A DNA stretch of 64,000 bases, from contig JANJGN010000052.1 of assembly GCA_026770705.1 (NCBI GenBank), positions 3,038,001-3,102,000 on the forward strand, read 5' to 3'. The DNA is from Isurus oxyrinchus. Taxonomy: Eukaryota. The position numbers and the translations under genes are program-made. Below are positions 39,101-53,785 of the stretch, piece by piece (position 1 is the first letter of the stretch; every line of letters starts with the position of its first letter). A model generated the notes under the pieces. The model was not told the DNA's origin, searched no databases, and was given only the letters and a program-made list of their open reading frames with translations.

Positions 39101-42100
39101 CATGTCTCACACCTTAGCTGCAGCACGACCCTTCCCTTGGAGCTCTGTGTGCTCGAGACATATTTTGTTATTTTTTCCTGCCGTCTCTGTGTCCCCCGAC
39201 CCGGGAGTGAAAATCCGGCCTTAACTTCCACTTTCTAGTGTCTGAGACAAGAGGCAATGAGTGAGTGGGCTGACGGTCAGGATTAATGCTGTTAATCTGT
39301 GTTTGAGGGGCTGTGAATTCTCGGGGGACTAGTTACTCTCTGAGCTGCAGCTTCCAAATCCTTATTTGATGCCGTGCATGTGGGGTTGGAAGATTCTTTT
39401 TAAAACCACAGGCAGTTCACAGAAACCCACAGGAAACCCACAGAGAGACAGTCACTGAGAAAGTCACTCACTCCTTGTGGTTTCACCTTTTAACCACATC
39501 CTGTCTGTGTGGCTTAAATGTTAAACACACTGGCCACACTCAGGGAGGTTTCACTCTGTGAAGCGCTTGCTCTCTCTCTCTCACAAAAACACACACAGAC
39601 ACACACACACAGACACATACACAGACACACCCATACACACATACTCACATACAGAGACACACACACTCACTCACACACACACACAGACACGCACACACAC
39701 ATACACAAACAGACATACACATGCTCACACACATACACAAACACACATACACACGCTCACACACTTACAGACAGACACANNNNNNNNNNNNNNNNNNNNN
39801 NNNNNNNNNNNNNNNNNNNNNNNNNNNNNNNNNNNNNNNNNNNNNNNNNNNNNNNNNNNNNNNNNNNNNNNNNNNNNNNNNNNNNNNNNNNNNNNNNNNN
39901 NNNNNNNNNNNNNNNNNNNNNNNNNNNNNNAGACAGACACAAACACACTCACATTCTCACACACACACAGACACTCACTTACACACACCCAAACACACAC
40001 CCAAAGACAATATCCTGACAGCAAACTGTGATTTAGAGCTTCCTACAACTTAACTAACTGACCAAAGATGTATTGAACTGTCTAAAAGTGACCTGTTTTG
40101 CAAAGAAATACAAGATTGTACACAGATCAAAAATGGCTGACACAAGTCATCTGATTGCTGATACTGTGAAGTTGATCACTTCTCTGGAAAAGTTCAAATG
40201 AATTGCACTGCAGACCTGTTGCAGGAAGGTCACGCCTGGGGTGTGTCAGGGTTCACTGCAAACAGGGACACTCTTAAAAGGAAAGCATTAAAATGCAAAG
40301 TGCTGGACTTTGAGCAGCTGTAGTTCTATCAAAACAGTGGGAACTGCTCACCAAGCGGATAATCATCAGCCATTCAAAACCCCCTGTGGAGGATGCAATA
40401 CCCCCGTCTCCTGTTGATTTATATCTTGAAATGCATCAAATGTTTTGGAGATGCAAAGATAAAAAACGTGAATACTTGGCCTTTAACAATGAATGCAAAA
40501 CATGCTGATTGAATTCCCTTCAGGAATATACAGACAGGAGTTTAACAAATGGTTCTGCCAAGCAGATATAAGAGAAAGGAGGAGGAAAAAGAAATATGGC
40601 AGTCATCTAAAAACCCTGCTAGAAAAGAGCAGAAATGATTTCTCCCTCTCTCCCTGTCTCTCTCTCTCTCTCTCTCGCACCTTCTTTCTCTCTCTCTGTC
40701 TGAAGCTAACAGAGTGTCTTCAATCATGTGCAAGTCTGAGACAGATGAAATACAGGATTCTACAGCAAACCAACTAATTTAAAACAGCTTCAAACTTCAC
40801 AAACTATGCTGCAGTATAATAACTCTTTGATTTTTTTTTAATTGGGCTCCATAATTATTTTACCTCTGATATCTGTGTGTGTGTTTGTGTGTCTGTGTGT
40901 GTGTGTGTGTGTGAGCGTGTGTGTGTGTCTGTGCCTGTCTGTGTGTGGGTGTCAGTGTGGTGTGTGTCTGTGCTTGTCTGTGTTTGTGTGCGTTTGTGTG
41001 TGTATGCGTGTGCACCTGTGTGTCTGTGTGTGTGGGCCTGCGTGTGAGTGTGTGTATGTGTGCCTGTGTGTGAGCGTGTGTATGTGTGCCTGTGTGTGAG
41101 CGTGTGTATGTGTGCCTGTGTGTGAGCGTGTGTATGTGTGCCTGTGTGTGAGCGTGTGTATGACTTGTTATGGAAATTGCATTTGGGGGAAACTATATTT
41201 TAAACCCTTTTTGCAACCAACCATGGGGGTTGAATAGAAAGGGAGCCAGTTCACTGCCCGTCACCCAGTTGTAACAACATTCACACACACACACACTCTC
41301 ACACACACACTCTCACACACACACATTCACACACACCCACATCCACTTACCCACACACAAACACACACACACAAAGATAATGTCCCACTGACAGGAAACT
41401 GCGACTGAGTGACAGCATGTCAGGAATATATAATAATCTCCACAATGTTATTGGAATTTATTGTAAAATAGAGTCCATGTGTCTGTGTCCACATGTGTCT
41501 GTGATGTGTTTGTGTGAGACTTATTGGAATTAGAGGAAGCTGGTCTGGGTGTTTTGATGGAAGAAGAGAAGTTAGGTTTGAACTGTTTATTAGGTAAACA
41601 TGGGGAAGTTTTAGAATGTGAAGTGTAAAGGGGGCAATTTGCATTTTAAGTTAAACCAAACGAGATTGTTTTCAAAGAAGGAGAGAAATGTGTCACCGAG
41701 CCAGCTGAAGATAAGAAACAGGGTGTTTATTTTTGCCAAAGATTACTGGTAAAACTTAGGGCTATGAGAGATTTGTATTATTACAAAGATAAAGTCCAAA
41801 GACATAGTGAAACAATGGGAATTTGCATTCAAAGGGGAAAATATGTATCAAGGAGTGAAGACTGTGTGTAAGGGTCGGTGTTTTTAAGATCTTACAATGA
41901 TGAAAAGCCTTCAGCCTGCATGTACCAAGCTGCTGCCTCCAGGGACTGAAGTTAAGAGAATTCACTTTGAACTCAACTGTTCAGCGTATCGTTTACTGTT
42001 CCTGGGACATTTAAAATCTCTGTCTTTTACTGTTGCCTTAACAGAGATAACAGAGCGTCTTCAACAAAATGCAAATCTGAATCAAATGACCACCAGGATG

Positions 42101-45100
42101 CCACAGGTAACCAATTAACTTTGAACAGCTGCAAACTTCAGCAATCTACGCCTCAAAGACAAGCAAAGGTATTAATCATATATTCTTTCAAATTTTTGTC
42201 GGACTCTAACTTTTTAATTCTGACGTGTGTAAATGGAAGTTAAATTAATTAAGGGATTTAGAAGTTATTATAGTAGTAATTTATAGACAGATGTGTATGC
42301 TTAAAAATCATTTTTTCTTGTTAATCAATGTTTAATTTAGTTTTATAAAATCCTCTTACACTGAAAAAAGGGTGAACTCTATTGTAAAGTGTTCTGGGAC
42401 ATCCAGAGACCATGCTGTACAGAAGAGATTTGACTGGAGCAGCAAGTGTTTTACTTACAGGAGAATGAGTCCCCAGGGTTGTAGAGTCAATCCTGTCAGA
42501 TGAATGACTAACTGGAGACACTTCAGGGAGCTGATCTAATTCTGGAAATGTTCAGTTTAGCAGGATCGGAGGAGAGATGATCTCCCTCTCCTGACTGTAT
42601 CAGACAAGTGGTGAACCTGTTGAGGTGAACAGAATTACCTGTTAAACCTCTTAACCTCATTACTACTGAATTCAAAGCCCACATCTCAAAACATACAAGT
42701 TGGAAATTAGTTGTGACAGTTGTTTCAAGTTTCCCTCCAGGATTTGAACAGCTCAGCATTTACCATCTGTTATGTCATAACAGAGCTTCCTTCAACTTAA
42801 CCAACGTGCCAAAAATGTATTGAACTGTTTAAAGGAGACCTGTTTTTCAAAAGTACCAGATTAGGCTCTGATCAAAAATGGCTGTCACGAGTCACCTGAT
42901 TGCTGATACTGCAAACTTGATCACTTCTCTGGAAAGCTTCAAATGAATTGCACTACAGACATGTTGCATGAAGGTTCTCACTGAGATGTGTGAGGGTCCA
43001 CTTGAAACTGGGACTCCCTTAAAAATGCAAAGTGCTGGGCTTTGATCACTGTAGGTCTATCAAGATAATGGGAACTGCTCACCATGCAGATATTCATCAA
43101 TCATTCAAAACCCCTTGTGGAGGATGAAATGTCTCCATCTCCTGTTGATTTATATCTTGAAATGCACCAAATGTTTCAGAGATGCAAAGATCAAAAAATG
43201 GGATTACTTGGTCTGTAACAATGAATGCAAGACATGCTGATCGAATTCCCTTTGGGAATATACAGACAGGAGTTTAACAACAGGTTCTGTCAAGCAGATA
43301 TAAGAGAAAGTAGGAGGAAAAAGAAAGATGGCAGTCACCCAAAAACACTGCTGGAAAAGAGCAGAAATTCTCTCTCTCTCTCTCTCTTTCTGAAGCTAAC
43401 AGAGCATCTTCAACAAGTCCAAATCTGAATCAAATCACCACAAGGATGCCACAGGAAACCAATCAACTTTGCAAACTTCAACAATCTACACCTCGAAGAC
43501 AAGCAAAGCTATCAATCATATATTCATTTAAATTTTTATTGGACTCTAACTTTTTATTTCTGACATGTGTGTGTGTGTGTGGCTGTCTCTCTGCCTGTCT
43601 GTGTGAGCATGAGTGTGTCTGCCTGCGCGAGCGTGTGTCAGTGTGAACATATGTGAGTGTGTGTGTGTGTCTGAGTGAGTCTATNNNNNNNNNNNNNNNN
43701 NNNNNNNNNNNNNNNNNNNNNNNNNNNNNNNNNNNNNNNNNNNNNNNNNNNNNNNNNNNNNNNNNNNNNNNNNNNNNNNNNNNNNNNNNNNNNNNNNNNN
43801 NNNNNNNNNNNNNNNNNNNNNNNNNNNNNNNNNNNNNNNNNNNNNNNNNNNTATTGTTGCATCTTAATTATTAATGTTATTTAAAAATAGTGATCACACA
43901 AGCCTGGTTCTAAGGAAATGAAACTGCCAACAATTTACAGTAAAGTGAAACGTACAGGAATAATCTATTTATTTTGAGCTGATGATATATAATTATACAT
44001 GAGGCATGTTGTTAATTTCAAATATCATCTGAAATATGGCAGGTCTGACAGAGCAGCTTTCCCTCAGCGCTCACCCTCCGACAGTGCAGCACTCCCTCAG
44101 TACTGACCCTCTGACAGTGCAGCACTCCCTCAGTACTGACCCTCCGACAGTTCAGCACTGCCTCAGTACTGACCCTTTGATCGAGCAGGGTCTCCCTCAG
44201 TACTGACCTCCTGACAGTGCAGCACTCCCTCAGTACTGACCTCCTGACAGTGCAGCACTCCCTCAGTACTCACCCTCTGACAGTGCAGCACTCCCTCAAT
44301 ATTGACCTTCCAACAGTGCAGCACTCCCTCAGCACTCCCTCACTGGGGAGAGTCCATCTGGTTTTGAGCTGAAACCTTGAGATGGTTTGAAAACCCCAAC
44401 CTTCTGTCTTGGAGAGAGAGAGAGAGTGAGTGAGTACGTGTGTGAGAAAGAGAGACAATGTGTGTGTGAGAGAGTGACAGTGCGTATGTGTGCGAGAGAG
44501 AAGGATAGAGAGAAAGAGAAAATGTGTGACAGAGCAAAAGAGAGGTAGAGTGTGTGTGCATGAGAGAGAGAGGTAGCTTAATTGTGTGAGAGAGAGAGTG
44601 TGTGTGAGAGAAAGGGAATGTTTGTGTTAGAGAGAGAGCTTATGTGTGAGAGAGAAAGATAGAGAGAGAATCTGTGTGTGTTAGATAGTGTGTGTGTGAA
44701 AGAGAGAGTGTGTATGTGAGAGAGCGTGTGCATGAGAGCGTGTGTGTGTGTGTTTGAGAGAGAGGGTGTATGTGTTTGAGAGAGGGAGTGTGCGAGAGAG
44801 GGTGTGCGTGTTTGAGAGGGAGTGTGTGTGTTTAAAAGAATGAACAAGAGAAAATGTGTGTGTGTGTGTGTGTGTGAGTGTGTGTGTGTGTTTGTGTGTG
44901 TGTGTGTATGTGTGTGCATTCTGACTGAGTCGAGTTCACAGTTTCACACGTTGCTAGGGACCACTTTTCCGCCTCTCTGTCAGACTGTGTGTATCTGACA
45001 GCAGGTCAGGCAGGAATAGTCCAGAATGCGCTGTGGTTTTGTAGCATTGAAACAACGACAGGAACTAAATGAGTGCTGCACCAAATAAAGACATGGAGTG

Positions 45101-46076
45101 ACCACACCAAAAAACCACGTGACTTCCCCAGTTTCACATCTCCCTCAAACACAGAAAAACTGGGTTAACACTGACCCTCCTCCCAGAGCCAATTCACCTC
45201 GTGTCCGATGCAGTCAGGAGAGGAAGATCATCTCTCCTCCGATCCTGCTAAACTGAACATTTCCAGAATTAGATCAGCTCCCTGAAGTGTCTCCAGTTAG
45301 TCATTCATCTGACAGGATTGACTCTACAACCCTGGGGACTCATTCTCCTGTAAGTAAAACACTTGCTGCTCCTGTCAAATCTCTTCTGTATAGCATGGTC
45401 TCTGGATGTACCAGAACACTTTACAGTTGAGTTCACCCTTTTTTCGAAGTGTGGTTACTGTTGTAATGTAGGAAACGCAGCAGCCAATTAGCGCACAGCA
45501 AGCTCCCACAAACAGCAATGTGATCATCTGTTTTTGGTGATGTTGGTTGAGGGATAAATATTGGTGCCAGGACACCGGGGAGAATTCCCCCTTGCTCTTC
45601 CTCCAAATAGTGGCTGTGGGATCTTTCACACCCGCCCGAGAGGGCAGACGGGGGACTCGGTTTAGTGTCTAATATTGGACTAATCTCCAGGCGAGGTTGG
45701 CTGGATGGATTATTGACAAGGTCCATTCACCCTGTAAAGAGTTTCTCTGGTTTGAAATACCCGATCAAACATCAAGTTCTGTGTCTAAACTTTGTGTTGA
45801 AAAGACACCTTTCCAGCTCTTCACCTGCCATTAGCTTGTTGAGTCTTCACACGCTCCGTCTGTCCGTGACCAACCCCTCTTAGCTCATCCTTTCCTTGTC
45901 GTACATCGAGCTGTTCATCCTGACGGGTTCCCTCCTTCCCAGTAACACTCCATCTCCGACATCAAACTAACTCCCAACACGTTAATGAACTGTATGGAAT
46001 CCAGCGTCAGTTGGTTCTGTCTGAGGCTGTTTCTCTGATCGGGGACCGAGCTGTTCTGAACGGACATTGTGTTCAG
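36124..46076 (+). repeat. Segmental duplication copy 2 (3' flank of gene A), including CR1 remnant at about 36235-38290 with nested LTR-like insertion
   Basis: Collinear with 1-8872, with local indels (e.g. 41.2-42.65 kb block). Confidence 0.9.
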
Positions 46077-46554
46077 CAGTTCTTATTGCAGATCAGGCTG
46101 TTCAACCAATGCTGCTGTTCACTGAGGTGACTCCGATTCTACATTCACACATTAATGATCTCATGTCCAGCAGCAAACATCTGAATGAAGCAAGGTTCAA
46201 GAAAAATCCCAGCTGCTTGATCCGACAGTTATCTGTTCAGGCATGGCCCCTTGTTCCAAATAACAAACATTATTTAAAAATAGTCATCACATGAGCCTGG
46301 TTAACAAGGAAATGAAACCATGAACAATTTGCAGTAAAGTGAAACGTACAGGACAATCTATTTATATAGAGCTGATGATTTATTTTACACGAGACATGTT
46401 GCTAATTTCAAACATCATCCGAACTATGGCAGTTCTGACAGTGCAGCACTCCCTTGGGACTGAATCCAGAGATACAAGGAAGAGACTGAAGAGCTGACGA
46501 TTCAGCTGAATTTAAAAACAGAGGCAGTTACAGAATCACAACAAGTTTACAGAG

Positions 46555-46700
46555 CAGAAGGAGGCCATTCAGCCCCTCGAGCCTGTTACACAGGAACTGG
46601 AGCGGCCATTCAGCCCCCTCGAGCCTGTTACACAGGAACAGGAGGAGGCCCATTCAGCCCCTCGAGACTGTTACACAGGAACAGGAAGAGGCAATTCAAC
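46555..46700 (+). repeat. Short ~42-bp tandem repeat (acaggaacaggaggaggccattcagcccctcgagcctgttac)
   Basis: 3-4 units; same family as 59320-60995. Confidence 0.75.
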
Positions 46701-46779
46701 CACATTCTTGACACCAAAGGGGTTACCAGTTTGCTTACGGTGGAAGACAGAGAGTTGGTTTCTCAAATTCACACAAACC

Positions 46780-46918
46780 AACTCACATTTTGACTCACAG
46801 AGACACATTCACCCTTTCTAATTAAATACACAGAGGGAGGAGCACAGGAAGAGGTCATTCAGCCCAAGCAGAGCGTGTGGGCAGTTCCTCCCCAGGCGAG
46901 CAGTCGGACAGGTCCTGG
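46780..46918 (+). promoter_or_regulatory. Gene B presumed promoter and non-coding exon 1 (module 46834-46918)
   Basis: Paralog of 25150-25289; TGACTCA at 46791; upstream ETS-like site absent. Confidence 0.6.
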
Positions 46919-47351
46919 GTAAGTAACGGAACAATTGGAATTCACTTCCACCACCAACACCGTCCTTTGTTGATGTTGTGACTTTATAAAGACAGATTCC
47001 AATGATTGATGCCTTTGAAAGATTTCTACTGTTTATTGAGATCTGGGTGTGAGGCTCAAGTCTGTCGTACAGAACATCTTTCTAGCTCAAGGGATGAGGA
47101 AAATGGGATGCCCTGAGCTGGTGAAAGGTGCTATAGAAATGCAAGCCCTTCATTGTTTTTCATTCTTAAAGCCTTTTAACTCTCTGCAGAACACCTATCA
47201 TCCCACAGGAAATCAAATTAGTCTTTGAAGTCATTGTCTAAAAGGAGTTCTGATCTCTCGAGAGCTGTCGGACAAGAGGTGAGGTCTCATTAATTCCTTT
47301 CTCTTTCACAGTTTGAGAGTGAGAAGTGGATGGAATATCTGGGAGTGGACA

Positions 47352-47391
47352 ATGATCAGGAAATCTTACTTCCTCCTGTCACTTCTCCAAG
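47352..47391 (+). CDS. Gene B signal-peptide exon MIRKSYFLLSLLQ
   Basis: Paralog of 25740-25779. Confidence 0.85.
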
Positions 47392-50300
47392 GTAATATCA
47401 TCATCAGATTTAATGTTAATAGTCTCTGTCAAGGATCATTCTTATTGAGCTGTGATTGGGAACCGATTCAGCAGTGATCCAGTGTACAAACACACACCAA
47501 GTCCCATTCACCCATCACCCCTGTGCTCACTGATATACACTGACTCCCTGTGTGACAGCAGAATTGGAAGTGATCAGAGATCTCAGAGAGTTGTAGGGAC
47601 TGGAGGACGTTACAAAGTTCAGCAGAATTGTAGCAGCGAGAGCAGGATCTTAAAATTCAGGTGCTGTCAGACGTTGGTCAGTGAGCGATGGGGAGTGATG
47701 GGTTGAGTAGAGAAGCAAAGATAAAAACTGGGGGATGAAGACTATCCTGCTGCGAGGTCTCCGATAGCAATGGCCTGAAATTTGTGTCCTTTGCTGCCTT
47801 TATTCAAAATTGTCCATGAAGACAACACAGCAGCTCCTAGAATAGACAGGCTGTTCAGTGTCACACTTCCTGTCCATTCTCACCTTGCTAGATACTTCAA
47901 TAAGGGAACAAGATAACTGAAAGAGAGAAGGGAGGCAAAGCTGTCTGTGTGTAAAACTGTCAAATATTCTGAGTTATCATGAGTGTCTCTGATCTGCTGC
48001 AGAGTTTAAATTTCACAGAATCTGAGCACTTTGCAGCTCAGAGAGAGACCATTGACTCACTGCCTGAAAGGGCGGTGGAAGCAGATTCAACAGGAACTTT
48101 CAGAAGGGGAACTGGATAAATACTTGAAGGGAAATTTGCAGGGATGTGCGAAAGGTGCTGGAGAGGAATTGGGAAAGAGCCAGCACATGCACGATGGGTC
48201 AAATGAGCTCCTCCTGTGTTGTATCATTCAACAATCAGACAATTTAAGACCCTTGTCAGCAAATCTTCAGAATCCTGCTGAATCACAGATGTTTCAGAAG
48301 GACAGGGAACAAGAAGTTTCTGGTATCAGCGTTTCATGTGGGGCCCAGTTCAGTTTGAACAAATAAACAACACCATCTTTGAAAGTCATGAACCCACCAC
48401 AGCGGCACCTCCAACACATGCAGAGCTCAGGCTAGAGGCACTTTGTTAGTGTGTTTCACAGTCTCTGCTGGAGTAGGGTCAGTGCTGAGCTTGGGGACAA
48501 GTCAGTCTACAATGCTGCATCGGAATCAACAATACAAAAATATGGGGTTTAGATCAGAAATAATCCATTAGACAATGAGGATCCAAAGAGATTCCTTAGA
48601 CAATGAGGATCCAAAGAGATTCCTTAGACAATGAGGATCCAAAGAGATTCCTCAGACAATGAGGATCCAAAGAGATTCCTTAGACAATGAGGGTCCAAAG
48701 TGATTCCTTAGACAATGAAGATACAAAGTGCACCAATCAGATTGAACCAGATTAGCTAATCAGCTGTGTTGAAGGGCAAACAGGAATGTTAGGCTAATTA
48801 GTGATTCATGACGGTGATAATGGGGGGAGTTCTGAGGGCTCCTAATCCATTGTCCTGTCTTGTAAATCAGCACTGAATGGATCTCAATGGGTGGGTCTCG
48901 TAGACACTGTGTTGGGTGGAAGACTGGCTTCACTAAGGGGAAGCGGCAGTAGAGAGGCATTGTCACTGGGCTAGTATTCCAGAGGCCCAGGGTGATGCTC
49001 TGGGGCCCTGGGTGTAAATCCCATCACAGCAGATGAATGGGATTAAAAAGCCTGGTTCACTGATCCCCTTCAGGGAAGGAAATCTCCACCCTTACCGAGT
49101 CTGGCCTACATGTCACTCCAAACCCACAGCAATACAATTGATTCTTAAATGCCTCTGATGGACATGGGATGGGTAATAAATGCTGGGCACATCCCATGAA
49201 CGGATAATTTGAAAAACACATGACTTGGAGACACTGTGTTGGGTGGAAGACTGGCTTCACTAAACAGGGTCCTGAGGACCATGAGCCAATGTAGAATGAA
49301 CTTGTCCACTCCTGTGTCCAGGATTCTCTTCCATCCATTGTGAAACCTTGGGGAGATCCCTGTGTGTCCTGTAGATGGTCCACACTGCAGCCACTGTGCC
49401 CCAGTGATGGACGGGGTGGATATCGAGTCTAGTGGATCTACAAACCATCCAGAGTTAAATATTGATATTTCTCTCCCCAGTTGGACTGTCACAAGAGTGG
49501 AAAGGTGACACTCCACGAGAGGTGACAGCGCAGGAAGATTCGTGTGTACAGATTCCATGTCATTACAGTTATCCATCACATTTGGAAAGCCAACCACGAG
49601 TCGGAGTCTGGTTTAATAATGAGAATCAGATTCCTGGATCTCCCATTGCCTTTCACTCCAAGGATCACAGTCACGAGTTACCACGGTTCCACCATCGGAC
49701 CCGGCTGTCTGGAGACCTGAAAGATGGCGACTGTTCCCTGATTATAAACAACATCAGACGGGAAGATGCAGGACCTTATTTCTTCAGGATAGAATTTGAC
49801 AGCAGTAATAGTTACAACTACTATCCTGTAACCCAGCTTCACGTTTCTGGTAAGTGCTGTGTTATAATTACTCAACAATTCACATTCAACACTCAATGGG
49901 AATTAACACAAACTGTGACGTTTACATATTAACACAAAACACAGTTTATTATAACAGACTGTCTGATTCTCAATAACCTGGTGATAGCTTCCAGTTCAGT
50001 CCTAAAGCAACCTCTAATACTCACTTTAATATCAATGATTAAATGTATTGACTGTGTCCATCAAAGTTATCAGGTTATCCACTCTCATCGATCTCTCTAA
50101 TCCTGTTTAAAATAATTTCCTGATCATTGTATCCTCTCAGTTCTGATATCATCCTTGTAAAAGTGCTTTCTCTTGTGGGACTGTGGTTTCTATTTGAACT
50201 GATGCTTCACGTTATATTTCTCTAAAAGGATCCATTCTCTGTCTGTTAGATTTCACAGATAAACCCACGATATTCCCTGCTGAAATTATTGCAGGAAAGC

Positions 50301-53300
50301 GTGTGGATGTAAGCTGCACCTTCAACACAACGTGCAATGGAACAGCAGCACCTGTCTTAACCTGGGACACTCCCACTGACGTACCTGGATCAGTCTCAAA
50401 CACTGTAACTCAGCATGGTGTCACTCTGACCTATACTTCTGTTCTGACCCTGATCCCATCACTCAAACACCATGGACACACTCTCAGCTGCAGAGTGAGA
50501 TATCCATCTGTTTCATCGGAGCGGACCCTCGTACTAACTGTACAAGGTAAGTACATACACCTTTCATTCTATATTAGCTAGAACAGTGTAGATAATGCAC
50601 AGCAGGATCCCACCAACAGCACTCCCTCAGTACTGACCCTCCCACATGCAGCACTCCCTCAGTACTGACCCTCCCACATGCAGCATTCCCTCAGTACTGA
50701 CCCTCCCACATGCAGCACTCCCTCAGTACTGACCCTCCCACATGCAGCATTCCCTCAGTACTGACCCTCCCACATGCAGCACTCACTCAGTACTGACCCT
50801 CCCACAGTGCAGCACTCCCTCAGTACTGACCCTCCCACATGCAGCACTCACTCAGTACTGACCCTCCCACAGTGCAGCATTCCCTCAGTACTGACCCTCC
50901 CACATGCAGCACTCACTCAGTACTGACCCTCCCACAGTGCAGCACTCCCTCAGTACTGACCCTCCCACATGCAGCACTCACTCAGTACTGACCCTCCCAC
51001 AGTGCAGCACTCCCTCAGTACTGACCCTCCCACATGCAGCACTCCCTCAGTACTGACCCTTTGACAGTGCTGCACTACCTCACTATTGGCTTTAAACTAA
51101 ATAGAGTGTGGGGCGAATGTTTCTGGAGAGGGTATATGTACAGTTACAAACCAAAAGGATTTATTAGCATTGCAGGATAGCTGTTTTGGCAATGATACCC
51201 AGTGTGTGACAGGAAGGGACACAGTGTCCAAACATAAAAATACATCAGCAAATAGTGTCAGAGGGGGGGAAATGATAAAAAGACAAAATTAATGGCTCTT
51301 TACTTAAATGCACAATGTATTTGGAATGCTGACCTTTATTTCAAAGGGAATGGAGTATAAAAATAGGGAAGCCTTGCTAAAACTATACAAGGCACTAGTT
51401 AGACCACACCTAGAATACTGTGAACAGTTTTGGTTCCCTTATCTAAGGAAAGATGTACTGGCATTGGAGGCAGTCCAGAGAAGGTTCACTAGGTTGATCC
51501 CAGTAATGGAGGGATTTTCATATGAGGAGAGGTTGAGTAGGATGGGCCTGTACTCATTGGAGTTTAGGAGAATGAGAGCTGACCTTATTGAAACATATAA
51601 GATTCTTAGGGTGCTTGACAGGGTAGATGCTGAGAGGTTGTTTCCCCTTGTGGGAGAGTCTAGGACCAGAGGGCATAATCTCAGAGTAAGGGGTCACCCA
51701 TTTAAGACAGAGATGAGGAGTTTCTTCTCTCAGAGGGTAGTGAATGTGTGGAATTATTTACTGCAGAGAGCTGCAGAGGCTGGGTCATTAATTATATTCA
51801 AGGCTGAGATACACAGTTTTTTAATCAGTCAGGGAATCAAAGGCTATGGGGAAGAGGCAGGAAAGTGGAGTTGAGGATTGTCAGATCAGCCATGGTGTCA
51901 CTGAATGGCGGAGCAGAGTTGATTGGCCAAATGGCCTCCTTCTGCTCTGATGTCTTGTGGTCTTATGGTCTTATCACCCTCCAACAGTGCAGAGCTCCCT
52001 AATTACTGACCCTCCGACAGTGCAGCACTCCCTCAGTACTGACCCTCTGACAGTGCAGCACTCACTCAGTACTGACCCTCCGACAGTGCAGCACTCCCTC
52101 AGTACTGACCCTCCAACAGTGCAGAGCTCCCTAATTACTGAACATCCAACAGTGCAGCACTTCCTCAGTACTGACCCTCCAACTGTGCAGAGCTCCCTAA
52201 TTACTGACGCTCCGACAATGCAGCATTCCCTAAGTACTGACCCTCCAACAGTGCAGCACTGCCTCAATACTGACCCTCCAACAGTGCAGCACTGTGTCAA
52301 TACTGACCCTCCAACAGTGCAGCACTCCCTCAGTGCTGACCCTCCGACAGTGCAGCACTCCCTCACTACTGACCCTCCGTCAGAGCAGAGCTCCTAATTA
52401 CTGACCCTCCAACAGTGCAGCACTCCCTCAGTACTGACCCTCCAACAGTGCAGAACTCCCTAATTACTGACCATCCAAAAGTGCAGCACTCCCTCAGTAC
52501 TGACCCTCCGACAGTGCAGCACTCCCTCAGTACTGACCCTCCAACAGTGCAGAACTCCCTAATTACTGACCATCCAAAAGTGCAGCACTCCCTCAGTACT
52601 GACCCTCCGACAGTGCAGCACTCCCTCAGTATTGATCCTCCGACAGAGCAACACTCCCTCAGTACTGTCCCACCGACAGTGCAGCACTCCCTCAGTACTG
52701 ATCCTCCGACAGTGCAACTCTCCCTCAGTACTGTCCCACCGACAGTGCAGCTCTCCCTCAGTACTGACCCTCCGACAGTGCAGCACTCCCTCAGTACTGA
52801 TCCTCCGACAGTGCAACACTCCCTCAGTACTGTCCCACTGACAGTGTAGCACTCCCTCAGTACTGATCCTCCGACAGTTCAACACTCCCTCAGTACTGTC
52901 CCACCGACAGTGCAGCTCTCCCTCAATACTGACCCTCCAACAGTGCACCACTCCATCAGTACTGAACCTTCAACAGTGCAGCACTCCCTCAGTACTGATC
53001 CTCCAACAGTGCAGCACTCCATCAGTACTGATTCTCCGACAGTGAAGTCCTCGCTCAGTACTGACTATGCGGCAGTGAAGCTTTCACAGTACCCACCCAC
53101 CATCAGTACAGCAGGTCCTCAGTACTCACCCTCCAACAGTGCAGCACTCCCTCAGTACTGAACTGAAGAGTCTGCCTGAATTATGTGCTCTGTGGTGAAG
53201 GATTGATATCACACCTTTAACATTGTCAGGGTCTCTGAAAGTGCTTCACAGTCAATGTAAGTAACTGATCTTTATTTGTTTTTAGATGCACCACAGAATC

Positions 53301-53747
53301 CCTCAATTACTTTTCATGATATGATTAACGCTTCATCGATCAATATAATTGAGGGGAATTCTGCAGTGATAATCTGCTCTGTCGAGAGCTTCCCAGCTTC
53401 TAACCTGACGTGGCGACATCTTAATGTCCCAATGAACAGAACAAGTTCCAACAATGAGCTGTGGTTGGTGATTCCTCACGTTACATCCAGGGACACTGGA
53501 GACTATCAGTGTGTGGCAGAGAATGAACATGGAGCAGTGGAGGGGTTCATAACCATCACTGTGGAACGTGAGTTAACACAAATTGCAATAACACTGTCAC
53601 ATACAGATGCACACACACACACATAGACATACACATGCACACACACTCACTCATGAACAGATGTATACAAACAGGCACACGCACACATGCGCAAACACAT
53701 ACACACACACACGCACACACAAACACACTCACATGTGCAGAAACACG

Positions 53748-53785
<38 letters not shown>

